Origin: the human T2T-CHM13v2.0 reference genome, Homo sapiens
Length of the DNA: 64,000 bases
NCBI GenBank assembly: GCA_009914755.4
Contig: CP068257.2
Span: forward strand, 41,888,001-41,952,000
Reading direction: 5' to 3'
Every line of letters begins with the position of its first letter. Positions within the stretch are counted from its first letter, which is position 1. Below, piece by piece: positions 22,333-37,436 of this stretch. The notes beneath the pieces were generated by a model. That model was given only the letters and a program-made list of their open reading frames with translations, searched no databases and was not told where the DNA came from. A program made the position numbers and the translations under genes.

Positions 22333-24165
22333 TCAAGATGGCTGACTAGACAGATCTGGTGCTCACCTCTTCCACAGAGAAGAACCAAAATAGCAAGTAA
22401 TCACACTTCAAATAGATAACCTAAGAGAGAACTTTGGAATTCAACAAAGAAACATTCAGAAACACCAAAAGCAAGGAAGGAAAGAAAACCAAGGCAGCTT
22501 GCTAGGCTGGGATCAACTGGGAGTCAGCAGTGGCTCCCTAATTGGGGGAAAGGGTAAGTGAAAGACCCTTCCCAGCAGTTCACATTGCTGCTGTGGACTT
22601 CTACAATCCACAGCCCTGGGAGAGTCCTTCAATTCTAGAGGACCCCAAGACTACTGCGGAGAGCTGCCTGAAGACTGTACAAAGGCACTGCTCCACAGAG
22701 AGCCCACGCTGGGTGCCACAACCCCCCAAATCCTAAGCTGCTGTGGCATGGCACCACTTGGAGAGTACAACCCCCAATGAACTGCAGCCTGCCCCGCCAC
22801 CAGGGTGGAGGTGGGAGCCACAGGGAGTGATCCCCCACACCATCCCTGCAGATGGGTAGCCATGTATTTTCATGAGCTCCAAGGTCAAAGTCGACTACCT
22901 GCAACTGCTACCACTATGAGCTGCTGCAGGCCTGAGGTGAGGTGCAATCAAAGCCCATGCCCCCTAGGTGCCTGACTACAGCTGCTCCCAGGGAAAGAAA
23001 CCCTGCCCTCCCCAGTAGCAGGGACACAATGAAACTCTGGCCACCCCTACCTGAGCATTCCACGGGAGGCCTAGGAATCACCTCGATGCTACTTACCACA
23101 GCCAATAACTACACTCCCCACCAAGGGACCTGAGGGCAGGTCCAGCCAGCCTGCCTCCACCATCCCTCCCTAGAACCAGATCACACTGTCCAGGGGCCTG
23201 GGGATCACCAGTAGCATCTCAGCAGAGTCTCCCAGAGTGGGTCAGGCCCACTCAGCTTGCTGCTACCACCACCGCTGCGACCCACCCATATGTGCCACCT
23301 GCAGGTCCAAGGACCAGCCCACCCAACCTGTCACAGCCGTCACAAACATCAGCACTTTGGAAAACAGCCCAGCATAAGCTACCAGAGATGAAGACCCCAA
23401 AGGGCTGTCCCACCACTGCTGTTGCCATCACCCACACCACAACTGCTGTTGCCATCAACCACACCACACCTGCTGCTCAGGGGCTCAGGAACCCACCCAC
23501 CCACCCAACCCACCACTGCCATTCCTAGTACCCAAAGAAGCCACCTGGAGGCCCAAGAACTGGCCTGCCTGGACCTACTAACACTGGTGCCAGTGTACAC
23601 CACCCTGGGGCCTGAGGACAGGCATGCTCAGTCCACCACTGCCACCACTGGGGCCAAAAGACTGGCCTACCTGGCACCCAGGTCAACAGCAAAATTTCAC
23701 CACAGCCTCCACTAACAACCATACCCTAAGCCATTAAGAAAATCATAGATATCATTAATGCTGTTTACAGCCAAAGAAATCATACAGAGACTACACTACT
23801 GCACACACCCAGATTCAAAACCAAAGTGCCCTACCTACCAATACCACAGATACATCTTCGGGAAAATGTCCTCTCCTACGAAAGTAAATTCAAAAAACTT
23901 AGAAGAAATGACCATTATACCACAGAGATACTAATGCAAGGGTACAGGAAACATGAAAAAGCAAGAAAATATGACATCTCCTAAAGAAAACAATTCTCCA
24001 GCAACAGATTCCAATCAAAAAGAAATTTATGGAATACCAGGAAAATAATTCAAAATATTGATAGTAAGGAAGTTCAATAGCATACAGGAGAATGCTGAAA
24101 AATACAAAGGAATTTAAAAAGCAATTCAGGATAAGAATGAGAAATTTGATCCAAGAGATGGATAT

Positions 24166-24552
24166 TGTATTGGTCCTTTCTCACGCTGCTAATAAAGACA
24201 TACCCAAGACTGGGTGATTTATAAAGGAAAGAGGTTTAACTGAAAGAGGTTTAATTGACTCATAGTTCAGCATGGCTGAGGAGGCCTCAAGAAACTTACA
24301 ATCATGGCAGAAGGTGAAGCAAACACATTCTTCTTCACACAGAGGCAGGAAGAAGTGCTCAGCAAAGGGGGAAAAGCCCCTCATAAAAACATCAGATCTT
24401 GTGAGGACTCACTCACTATCACGAGAACAGCATGGGGGTCACTGCCCCCACGATTCAATTACCTCCCACCAGGTCCCGCCCAAGACATGTAAGGATTATG
24501 GGAACTACAATTGAAGATGAGATTTGGGTGCAGACATAGCCGAACCTTACCA
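24166..24552 (-). mobile_element. Solo LTR of the THE1/MST (MaLR) family inserted into L1 ORF1
   Basis: tgtattggtcctttctcacgctgctaataaagacatacccaagactgggtgatttataaaggaaagaggtttaa… to …ggattatgggaactacaattgaagatgagatttgggtgcagacatagccgaacc is the reverse complement of a THE1-type LTR (TG…CA). L1 ORF1 reading resumes immediately after it. Confidence 0.85.
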
Positions 24553-27027
24553 GGTATCATAAAGAAGAGCCAAACAGAAATTCTGTAACTGAAAAATTCA
24601 TTGAATGAAATACAAAACAAATTCAAAAGCTTCAATAATAACTAGAGAAGCCAAAGGAAAAAAATCTCAAAACTTGAAGGCAGACCATTTGAAATAACCC
24701 AGAGAGACAAAGATTAAAAAAAAAAAAAAAAAGAATTAAAAAGAATCAGCAAAGGCTTTGTAACATATAGGACATCATAAATCAAATATTCAAATTTTTG
24801 GTGTCCCAGAAGGTAAAGAAAAAGCAAACAGAAACTTATTTAACAATAGATGAAAACTTCCCAAGTCTAGAAAGAGATTTAGACATCTAGATACAAGAGT
24901 CTCAATGATCCCCAAATAGATAAAATTCAAAAAGATCCTCTCCACAGTACATTACAGTCAAACTGTCAAAAGTCAAATACAAAGAGAAAAATTTAGAAAC
25001 AGCAAAAGAAAAGCATCTAGTCACCCACAAAGGAACCCTCATCAGACTAACGGATTTCTCAGCAGAAACCTTACAAGCCAGGAGAGAATGTGATGATACA
25101 TTCAAAGTGCTGAAAGAGAAAAAAAACTGCCATTCAAGGATACTATTTGCAGCAAAAGTATCCTTTATAAATAAAGGACAGATGAAGTATTTCTTGGACA
25201 AGCAAAAGCTGAGGGAATTCATCACCACTAGACCAGTCCTGTAAAAAATGCTTAAGGAAGTCCTACACCCAGAAGTGAAAGAACAGTAACTATAATCATG
25301 AAAACATATGAAAATATAAAAACCACTGGTAGAGCAAACACAGAAAAAAAGAAAAAACTTAAATGTTACCACTACAGATCACCACCAAACCACAATAATA
25401 AACAACAAGAGAGAAAGAATGAAACAAAGGATATACAAAACAATCAGAAATCAAGTAATAAAATGACAGAGGTAAACCTCACATATCAATAATAGCCTTG
25501 AATGTAAATGGATTAAATTTTCCACTCAAAAGATACAGACTGGCTCAATGAATTAAAAAAAAAAAAAAAAAAAACATGACCCAACTACATGCTGCCTACA
25601 CAAAATTCATCTCACCTGTAAAGACACATATAGACTAAAATAAAGGGACAAGAAAAGATATCCCATGCAAATGGAAACAAAAAGCAAGCAGGGGTAGCTT
25701 TATTTATGTCAGATAAAACAGATTTTAAGTCAAAAACTGTAAAAAGAGACAAAAGAAGGTCATTATATAATGATAAAAGTATCAATTCAGCAAAAGGATA
25801 TAACAATTCCAAACATATATGCACCCAACGCCAGAGCACCCAACACCAGAGCACTAGATAAAGCAAGTACTATTAGATCTAAAGGGAGAGACAGAATGCA
25901 ATACAATAATAGTTGAAGACTTCAACACCCCACTCTCGGCATTGGATCACTCAGACAAAAAATTAACAAAGAAATATTGGATTGAAACTGCACATTAGAC
26001 CAAATAAGCCTAGCAGACGTTACAGAACTATTTCATACAACAGTTACAGAACACACATTCTTCTCATTAGCACACAGAACATTCTCCAAGATAGACCACA
26101 TGTTAGGACACAAAACAAGCAACAACAAATTTTTAAAAATCAAAATCATTCAAGTATCTTTTCAGGCCACAGTGGAATGTAACTCAAAATCAATAACAAG
26201 AGGAACTTTGGAAACTACGAATGCATGAAAATTAAACAATATGCTCCTGACTGACCACTGAGCCAAGAAAGAAATTAAGGAGGAAATTTTTAAAAAGTCT
26301 TGAAAACAAATGAAAACTGAAAAACATACCAAAACCAAATGGGATACAGCAAAAGCAATGCTAAGATGGAAGTTTATAGTAACAAATGCCTACATCAGAA
26401 AAAGTAGAATGATTTCAAATAAATAATCTAGCAGTGCACCTCGAGGTACTGGAAAAACAAAAACCAACCAAACCCAAAATTAGTAGAAAGAAACAAGTAA
26501 TAAAGATCAGAGAAAAAAAAAACCACAAAGGATCAACGAAATAAAAAGTTGTTTTTTTGACAAGATAAAATTGATAAAGCACTTCCTAGACTAACCAAGA
26601 GAAGACACAAACAAAATCAGAAATTAAAAAGGAGACATTACAACTGATACCATGGAAATACAAAAGATCACCAGAGACTATTATGAACAACTATACACTA
26701 ACTACCTAGAAAACCTAGAGGAAATGGATAAATTCCTACACACATACAATCTACTAGATTGAATCAGGAAGAAATAGAATACCTGAACAGAGCAATAACA
26801 AGAAATGAAATTGAATCAGTAATAAAAAGTCTCCCAGTGAAGTCCAAGACTGGATGGCTTCACTACCAAACTTCTACCAAACTTTCAAAGAATTAACACC
26901 AATTCTCCTAAAACTATTCCAAAAAATTGAAGAGAAAGGGATTCTCCCTAAATCACTCTATGAAGTCAGCATTATCCTGATAGTAAAACCAGACACGGAT
27001 GCAACAAAAAAAGAAAAGTATATGCTA

Positions 27028-27350
<323 letters not shown>

Positions 27351-29894
27351 ATAGGCTAACATTCCTAATGAATATAGACTTAGAAATTCTCAGCAAAATA
27401 CTAGCAAACTAAATCCAACGGCACATCAGAAAAATAACACATCATTATCAAATGGAACTTAACTTATCCCAGGGATTCAAGGATGGTTCAACATATGCAA
27501 ATCAATAAACATGATACATTACATCAACAGAACAAACGACAAAACCATATGATCATTCAACAGATGCTAAAAAAGCATTTGGTAAAATTCAACATCCTTT
27601 TATGATAAAAACCTTAAAAAAACTAAGGATAGAAGGAATATACCTCAACAAAATAAAGGCCACGTGTGACAAATCCACAGCTAACATCATACTAAATGAG
27701 AAATGCTGAAATCCTTTCAGCCAAGAACTGCAACAAGACAAGATGCCCACTTTCACCACTCCTATCCAACATAGTACTGGAAGACCTAGCCAGAGCAATC
27801 AGACAAGATAAATAAATAAAAGGCAGCAAAATTGGAAAAGAAGAAGTCAAACTGTCCTTCTTTGCTAAAGATATGATCTTCTACCTAGAAAAATCTAGAG
27901 TCCACCAAAAAACTGTTAGAACTGATAAATCCAGTGAAGCTGCAGGATACAAAATCAATATACAAAAATCAACAGTGTTTCTATACACCAACAATGAACA
28001 AGCTGAGAAAGAAATAAAGAATGAAGTCGCATTTACAACAGCTACCAAAAAATTAAAATACCTAGGAATAAATTTATCCTAGGAGGCGAAAGATCTCTAC
28101 AAGGAAAATGACAAAACACAGAAGAAAGAAATTAAACAGGACATAAACAAAAAGACATCCCATGTTCAAAGACTGGAAGAATTAATAGCCTCAAAATAAT
28201 CATACTGCCCAAAGCCATCTACAGATTCAACGCAATCTCTATCAAAATACCAATGTCATTTTTCACAGAAATTGAAAAAAAATCTTAAAATTTGCATGGA
28301 ACCAAAAGAATCCAAATAGCCAATGCAATTGTGAGCAAAAAAAAAGAAAAAAGAAAAGAAAAAGAAAAAAGCAAGAGGCATCATATTACCTGACTTCAAA
28401 ACAGATTACAAAGCTTTAGTAACCGAAACAGCATGGTACTGGTATAAAAACAGACACACACACCAATGGAACAGAATCCAGAATCTAGAAATAAATCCAC
28501 GTATTTACAACAGAGGTGCAAGAATATACCTTGGGGGAAGGACAGTCTCTTTGATAAATGGTGCTGGGAAAATTGGATATCCATATGCAGAAGAATGAAA
28601 TTCGATCCCTATCTCTCACCAAATATTTAAAAAGCAACTCAAGATGGATTGAAGCTTAAATGTTAGACCCAAAACTAAAAACTACTAGAAGAAAATATAG
28701 GGAATACACTTCAGGACATTTGGTACAGGCAAATATTTTATAGCTAAGACCTTGAAAGCACAGACAACAAACAAAAATAGACAAATGAGACTATATTGAA
28801 CTAAAAACCTTCTGCACAGCAAAAGAAACAACAGAATGAAGAGACAATGTGCTGAATGGGAGAAACTATTTGCAAACTATTCCTCTGACAAGGGGATCTA
28901 TCTAAAAGGAACTCAAACAACTCAAATAAAAGAACAAATAATCCCATTAAAAAGTGAGCAAAAGATTTGAACAGATATTCCTCAAAATAAGCCATACAAA
29001 TGGTCAATAAGTATACAAAAAAAAACCACTAATCATCAGGGAAATGCAAACTGAAATCACAATGAGATATCATCTTACCCAGTTAGAATGGCTATCACTA
29101 AAAAGACAAAAAACAGATGCTGGCGAGGATGTGGAGAAAAGGGAACTTTTACACATTGTTGATAGGCATGTAAATTAGAATAGCCACTACAGAAAACAGT
29201 ATGGAGATTTCTCAAGAAACTAGAAATAGAACTACCACGTGATCTAGCAATTCCACTTCTGGATATTTATCCAAAGGAAAAGTAATCAATATATCAAAGG
29301 GATACCCCCATGTTTATTGCAGCACTGTTCCTAATAGACAAGAGACAAAATCAACCTACAAATGTCTGTCAACAGGTGAATGGATAAAGAAAATGTGGTA
29401 TATATACACAGTGGAATACTGTTCAGGCTTAGAAAAGAATGAAATTATGTCATTTGCAGCAACATGGATAGAACTGCAGGTCATTAAGCGAAATAAGCCA
29501 GACACAGAAAGACAAATTTTGCATGTTCTCACTCATATGTGGAAACTAAAAAGTGGATCTCATGAAGGTTGAGAGTAGAGTGACTGATAGCAGAGGCTGG
29601 GAAGGGTCTGTGGGTTGAAGTGGGGATGAGAGAGGTTGGTCAATACAAACACAGTCAGATAGAAGGTGTAAGTACTAATGTTTGAGAGTAGAGTAGGGTG
29701 ATGATAGTTAACAACAATGTATACTGTATTTCAAAGTAGCTAGAAGTATGTGAAATGTTCTCAATACATATAAATAATACTCAAGGTGATGGATACTCCA
29801 AATACCCTGACTTGATCAGCCTGATCAGTATATATTCTATGTGTGCAATAAAATATCACATATCACCCCATAAATATATAAAATATTATATATA

Positions 29895-29995
29895 AAAAAG
29901 CCTGAGAACAGAATGAAGGGAAGAATAAAGGAAGAGAAGGATGATGGAAGGGGAGGACAGAGAGAAGAAAAGAGAAAGAAAAAGAAACATTTGCC
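29895..29995 (+). repeat. GA-rich low-complexity tract at the L1 3' end
   Basis: gaagggaagaataaaggaagagaaggatgatggaaggggaggacagagagaagaaaagagaaagaaaaagaaa. Confidence 0.8.
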
Positions 29996-32705
29996 AAAGT
30001 CCTTCCCATATCTCCTGGTCAACTGAACTCGTGTTCTCCCAGACCCATGAACTCGGCAATAGGGTTCAGCAACTTCTGCCTACCCACCCTAACCCTTACT
30101 GACACATCCACTCCGATTCCTGGCTCTACCAGGATCCTCATGGCCTGGGCTCACATCCTGCTCTGCCACTTGCTCCCTGGGTGAATCAGCACTGACCTGG
30201 CAGGGCTGGCAAGTTAATGCATGGAAAGTGCTCACAATAGGGCTCAACACAGAGGAAGCACTGAGAACTGCTCACGATCACCACCATCACCTCATCAAGT
30301 ACTTTGTACTGTCTGAATCTAGTTCATTTAAGTCTTGCCTTCTCGGCAAATTTCAAGTTCTGTCACACAGTATGCAAGGTGGTAACCCTCACAGATCCAA
30401 ACCAGTGCTGTGTACACTCCCAGCTGACATTGCACCTGAACACATACCACTGTGGTGAGCAGGGTTGGCTGGACCCATTGAGATGTGCCTGCATCACAGT
30501 GAGGCCTAATGCACGTGAAATGCCTGGAGTTTCCCAGTCAAGTAGGAGTTGCTGTCCATACCCTGCATCAGGGACTATGTTCATGGGGTGTGCCAGCCCA
30601 GGCTGTCTGTCAATGCGTGCTCCCACACTGTCTAGTAGACTAAGATCTGATATCAGGTAAATTCTAAAAATAAATAATGCCAAACATATCTTCGAAATAA
30701 GCTACATGTCATCTGCCGCAGCACACTCAGCCAAGCAATAAAATCTACTTGGTTTTCCTCTGCTCTTTGCAGATCCTTTTCCTTTAAGCTAAAGAAATAG
30801 GTGCCTTGAGCATCAAACTGTAATTTTAAAATATCCTGAAAGCCACAGATGTTCTCAACTACAATCTAAGTAGTCATTCAAATCATGCCTTGTACACTGC
30901 TATTTGTTCCAAGTGACCAGCGAGCATTTTTAAAAATCTCTTATTTCTGTCAAGTTCTTCATAAATCTTTTTGGCCTTTCATGGTGTTGTTTCTTCTGAC
31001 GGCAGCTGCCCTTGCCCTACACCGACATCTGATCATTTCTCTCAGATGATTACAGTACCCACCAGCTCTTACATATAAATGTCAATGTGTGTTACTCTGG
31101 AAACAACATGAAGGACATCTCTACAATTACTTCTCTGCAGTAAAGAAGAAAAAATTAAATGGGCCAAGAAAAACATCCCATTGAATTTTTTAAAACTAGT
31201 TTTATAAACCAACTGTATTAGTCCATTTTCACGTTGCTGATAAAGACATATCTAAGACTGGGAAGAAAAAGAGGTTTAATGGACTTACAGTTTCACATGG
31301 CTAGGGAGGCCTCACAATCATGGTGGAAGGTAAGGAGGAACAAGTCACATCTTACATGGATGGCGGCAGGCAAAGAGAGAGCTTGTGCATGGAAGTTTCC
31401 ATTTTTAAAACCATCAGATCTCATAAGACTTATTCACTATCACGAGAACAGCACAGGAAAGATTCACCCCCATGATTCAATTATCTCCCACCAGGTCCCT
31501 CCCAGAACACATGGGAACTGTGGGAACTACAAGATGAGATTTGAGTGGGGACACAGAGCCAAACCATATCATTCAGCCCCTGGCCCCTCCCAAATCTCAT
31601 GTCTTCACATTTCAAAACCAATAATACCTTCCCAACAGTCCCCTAAAGTCTTAACTCATTCAGCATTAACTCAAAAGTCACAATCCAAACTCTCATCTGA
31701 GACAAGGCAAGTCCCTTCTGCCTATGAGCCTATAAAATCAAAAGTAAGGTAGTTACTTCCTAGATACAATGGGGATACAGGAATTGGGTAAATATAGCCA
31801 TTCTGAATGGGAGAAATTGGCCAAAACAGAGGGGCTACAGGCCCCATGCGAGTCCAAAATCCAGCAGGGCAGTCAAATCTTAAAGTTCCAAAACAATCTC
31901 CTTTGATTCCATGTCTCACATCCAGGTCACGCTGATGTAAGAGGTGGGCTCCCATGGCCTTGGGTAGCTCCACCCCTGTGGCTTTGCAAGGTATAGCCCC
32001 TCTCCTGGCTGCTTTCATGGGCTGGCATTGAGGGTCTTCGGCTTTTCCAGGTGCACGGTGCAAGCTGTCAGCGGATCTACCATTCTGGGGTCTGGAGGAC
32101 GGTGGCCCTCTTCTCACAGCTCCCCTAGGTGGTGCCCCAGTAGGGACTCTGTGTGGGGGCTCCAACCCCACATTTCCTTTCTGCACTGCCCTAGCAGAGG
32201 TTCTCCATGAGAGCCCCATCCCTGCAGTAAACTTCTGCCTAGACAACCAGGCATTTCCATACATCCTCTAAACTCTTGGCAGAGGTTCCCAAAACCCAAT
32301 TTTTGACTTCTGTGCACTGACAGGCTCAATACCACATGGAAGCTCCCAAGGCTTGAGGCTTGCACCTTCTGAAGCAGGACCTGAGCACTATGTTGGCCCC
32401 TTTCAGCCATGGTTGGAGTGACAGGGACACAGGGCACCAAGTCCCTAGGCTGCACAAAGCACAGGGACCCTGGGCCTGGCCCATGAAACCACTTTTTCCT
32501 CCTAGGCCTCTAGGCCTATGATGGGATGGGCTGCCACAAAAGTCTGTGACATGGCTGGAGACATTTTCTCCACTGTCTTAGGGCTTAACATTCAGCTCCT
32601 TGTTACTTATGCAAATTTCTTTAGCCAGTCTGAATTTCTCCTCAGAAAACAGGATTTTCTTTTCAATCGCATTGTCAGGCTGCAAATTTTCCAAACCACT
32701 TCCCT

Positions 32706-32712
32706 TATAAAA
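32706..32712 (+). promoter_or_regulatory. TATA-like element (tataaaa) 71 bp upstream of the H2B ATG, located in THE1B-int-derived sequence just upstream of the retrocopy junction
   Basis: cttataaaactgaatgcctt read directly. Its spacing to the ATG is compatible with a ~40-nt histone-type 5'UTR. Functional use is inferred, not shown. Confidence 0.3.
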
Positions 32713-32770
32713 CTGAATGCCTTGCATTACTTCCCGTTTTCACGATCTGCTGCTCGTCTCAGGCTCGTAG

Positions 32771-33163
<393 letters not shown>

Positions 33164-33711
33164 ACTTGCCAAATTGATGCCTGCAGCTCCTGGGGAAAGT
33201 GGAAGTCAGATAACTCCTTTATGAAAAGGCAGCATTCAAAAACTATAAAAAATATAAATCCAACATTATTAAAATTTTGCACATCCAAAGATATCACGAA
33301 CAGTTAAAAACAAACCCACAAGGTGACAGAATATATTTGTCACATACTGACAAAAAGTTAAAACTCAAATATATAAAGAATATTTACAAATCAAATCTCA
33401 TAAAATAAAAACTGTAGAGAATCTGAATAGACCATTCCAAGGAAAGTGGGAAAATCTCCAAATAGCCAAAAATCTCATTTAGAAAAACTCCGATTTCACA
33501 TTAGGAAATGCTGATAAACAATAACTCTCAAGCACTGCTGGTGGAATATGGGAGTATAAATTTAAAATACTACCCTGGAAAGCAAATTGTTCATTTTTAT
33601 TCATGTTGAATATGCACATTTACCAAATAATTCCACTTCCATGTAACCAGAAAATGCACAGCTGTATACAGTGCTGTTTTGTAATGAGGAAAAAAAATCA
33701 ACAGAGAAATG

Positions 33712-33717
33712 AATAAA
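33712..33717 (+). promoter_or_regulatory. Polyadenylation signal AATAAA of the retroposed H2B transcript
   Basis: gaaatgAATAAAgtatttactgac followed 12 nt later by A15. Confidence 0.8.
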
Positions 33718-35771
33718 GTATTTACTGACAAAAAAAAAAAAAAACAAAACTGAATGCCTTTAACAGCACCCAGGTTATCTCTTGAATTCTTTGCTGCTTA
33801 GAAATTTCTTCCACCAGTTACCCTAAATCATCTCTCTCAAGTTCAAAGTTCCACAGACCTCTAAGGCAGGGGCAAAATGCCACCAGTCTCTTTACTAAAA
33901 CATAACATGACAAGAGTCACCTTTGCTCCAGTTCCCAACAAGTTCTTCATCTCTGTCTGAGACCACCTCAGCCTGGACTTTATTGTCCATATCATTATCA
34001 GCATTTTGGTCAAAGCCATTCACCAAGTCTCTAGGAAGTTCCACACTTTCCCTCATTTTCCTCTCTTCTTCTGAGCCCTCCAAACTGTTCCAACATCTGC
34101 CTGTAACCCAGTTCCAAAGTCACTTCCACATTTTTGGGTATCTTTTCCGCACAACCCACTCCTGGTACCAATTTACTGTATTAGTCCATTTTCACGCTGC
34201 TGATAAAGACATATCCAAGACTGGGAAGAAAAAGAGGTTTAATAGACTTACAGTTCCACATGGGTGGGAAGGCCTCACAATCATGGCAGGAGGTAAGGAG
34301 GAGCAAGTCACATCTTACATGAATGGCAGCAGGCAAAGAGAGATCTTGTGCAGGGAAACTCCCATTTTTAAAACCGTCAGACCTCGTGAGACTTATTCAC
34401 TATCATGAGAACAGCACAGGAAAGATTCATCCCCATGATTCAATAATCTCCCACCGGTTCCCTCCCACAACACATGGGAATTATGGGAGCTACAAGATGA
34501 GATATGGGGAGGGGGGGGGGACACAGGGCCAAACCATATCACCAACCAAAACTAATTATCTGATTCTCTAACCAAGGAGAGTTATTGAGCTTTAAACATT
34601 AAAACAGATCAGATTCACATTTAATATTGCCATAGGAACCTTTGTATTAAAGTAGCAATTTGAGTACATTTAGTGCTATCATATAAGAACAATACTTTCA
34701 TAGGTGATGTTTACTTCTGCCCTTTTTATGAGTGACCCTCACCCAAGTGCAGTGGTCTTACTGCTGCCATCTGCAATGAGGGGAACGAGTTCTGGAGGGT
34801 TCAATGCCTTGCCCTGTCTTATCTAAAAGGGCTGACAAACAGTGAAACTAACACAAAAAGGCAACATGCCTGTGGAAATTGACAACAATCCTTGACACAC
34901 AAGCATGGGAAATGGGAGGGCAGGTGTGCTTTCAGCCTGTTCTTGGAGAACATTTAAACTATAAAAAGGGCCTTTGATAAAAACAGATCAATTTCAAGGC
35001 AAATCGACAAAAGTACTGACCATAAGATCCGTTAAGTTACAATTAGAACATAATTTGATTGTTAAAATCATATCTATTAAGATATGCTTATGTAAAACAA
35101 AAGAATCCCTTCCCTGGAGAAAAATTATCTAGCTAATTCTTAAAAAACAATTTAGAGATTACAAAAAGAATTCCAGCCAAACTTCTCAAAAAAAAAAAAA
35201 AAAAAAAAAGAATAGGTAGCTGCCATTGTGTGGAACTAAGGAGAATGAAGAGAACAAGTAATAATAAACTGAAAAGTCCTCCACAGAAGAAAACTTCTCT
35301 CCACCAAAATCAAATATTCATCAAGAATCTGCTAAACAAAAAAAAACCATCCAGAAGAAAACTGGTCTCTCCCTCAATAATTCAATATGGCAGAAGAGAG
35401 TGTGGGCTGGCAGCTGTTCCTCCCTTGCTGTGAAAACTGCCTATCCCTTCCACAGAGTCCTGCCCTATGACCAACATCTGAAATGGAAACAGCCCAGGAG
35501 GTCTCCAGGGCACTACCCTTTCACCAGAGTACCAGAACTCACAGAAACCCAAAGTTTGCTCTCCCCTTCAAGGCACTCAGCTGTGTGTGTGATGAGGTGT
35601 TATGTCTTCATCCTCAAAATACTGTCATTGTTCAGAACATTTTTGGAACTCCTCCTAGAATTACCTTCAATCTGTGAGCCACACACAAACATCAGTGTTA
35701 CCATCTGAGATTCTGACGCCACCTCCCAATCAGGATTCTAAGACTGAGAGTGTCTTAAAAGTCACGTTGGT

Positions 35772-36068
35772 GGCCAGGTGTGGTGACTCATGCCTGTAAT
35801 CCCAGCGCTTTGGGAGGCCAGGAGGTCAGGAGTTCGAGACCAGCCTGGCCAACATGCTGAAACCCTGTCTCTACTAAAAATACAAAAAAATTTGCTGGGC
35901 ATGGTGACACATGCCTATAGTCCTAACTACTCAGGAGGCTGAGGCAGCAGAATCACTTCAACCCAGGAGGTGGAGGTTGCAGTGAGCCGAGATCGCACCA
36001 CTGCACTCCAGCCTGGGCAACAGAGTGAGACTCCGTCTCAAAAAAATAAATAAAATAAAAAATAAAAG
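35772..36068 (+). mobile_element. Alu SINE with a small internal deletion
   Basis: ggccaggtgtggtgactcatgcctgtaatcccagcgctttgggaggccaggaggtcaggagttcgag… TSD aaaagtcacgttgg / aaaagtcatgctgg. Confidence 0.95.
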
Positions 36069-37103
36069 TCATGCTGGCTACTGTGAGCTTCATTTATGAG
36101 CCACTAATGATGGTGAAGAGACCAAGTGGCTCCCCCAAGCCCCACTCACACAGCTGGGCCCTCTCACCCGCCCGCCTGTAGGCTTACCTGCCCAGCTCAG
36201 TAGCACAGGACAGTCCCCAGCTGCATGTGGAAACACTGTTTCCATTTAGCCCTGGAGGACACTGCATCTTCCCGGCTTTCCTCCGACCTCACCTGGCTGT
36301 TCTGTGCTCCCTCATCATCTTCATCTGCACTGAAAATGCTGGCCCCACAGCTTCATCCTCAGCCCTATATCACTCCCTCAGCAATGCAGTCCCCTACCAT
36401 GGCTACAAATACCTTCTACACTATGATGATTCCCAGCACCAGCTGTTCCTCTGGCCCCGACTCCTAACATTCCCTTCTTATCCTCTCCAGCGACACTGGC
36501 CTTTAGTCACTCCTACAATACTCCTTTGCCCATAGCTGCCTCAGACCCTTCCCCTGCCACCCTTGGCCTGTGATGCTCTGCTCAAAGATCTCAGCACAGG
36601 CTGTCCTTCGCTTCCTTCAGGTATCCACTCAAATACCCAAAAGAGCAGCTCCGCCCAACACTCTCTAGCCTGCTCCTCATGCCACTCCATTTTTATTTGC
36701 ATTACTATATGATATATGCCATTATATTTGTTTACTATCAAGTCTCCTCACCTGAATATAAGTTCCATAGGGAAAGAACTCTGTCTTGCTCACTCCTGAG
36801 CCTGACAACTATAACAAATGGGGCTGGTCCACTCCCTGCATTCTGACCCACCCGAGTGCTGGGAGCTCAACAACAATGGTAATAAACAGGCCGGCCCACT
36901 CCCTGCAGACTAACTCTCATGAGTGTACTCCAAGCTGAAGCGCACCCTCCCACGGCACCATCCCCAGCCAGGGCAGGTTCAGCACGCTGGCTCGGCAGCA
37001 TTGTCTGAAGAGGGGACACAAAGCTCCCTCACTGTATTCTGTGGAAGACAAAAAAGAAACACAACTGCTCTCTTACCAAGTCCTTACTTTCTTACCTAGT
37101 TAG

Positions 37104-37436
<333 letters not shown>

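Noticed and set aside
23250-23530. Short tandem repeats (ccaccactgctgttgccatcacccacaccacaactgctgttgccatcaaccacaccacacctgctgc)
   Set aside because: Lies inside the L1 5'UTR, where such internal tandem repeats are a known feature of older L1 subfamilies. Not an independent element.
31234-32264. ORFs of 172 aa (plus) and 180 aa (minus) across the THE1B LTR and interior
   Set aside because: MaLR/THE1 elements are non-autonomous and have no gag/pol coding capacity. The translated sequence is low-complexity and lies wholly within repeat consensus.
33214-33229. Histone 3' stem-loop downstream of the H2B stop codon
   Set aside because: Only a weak resemblance (ctcctttatgaaaagg versus the consensus ggctcttttcagagcc). 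Reported as a possible decayed remnant in findings, not as a feature.
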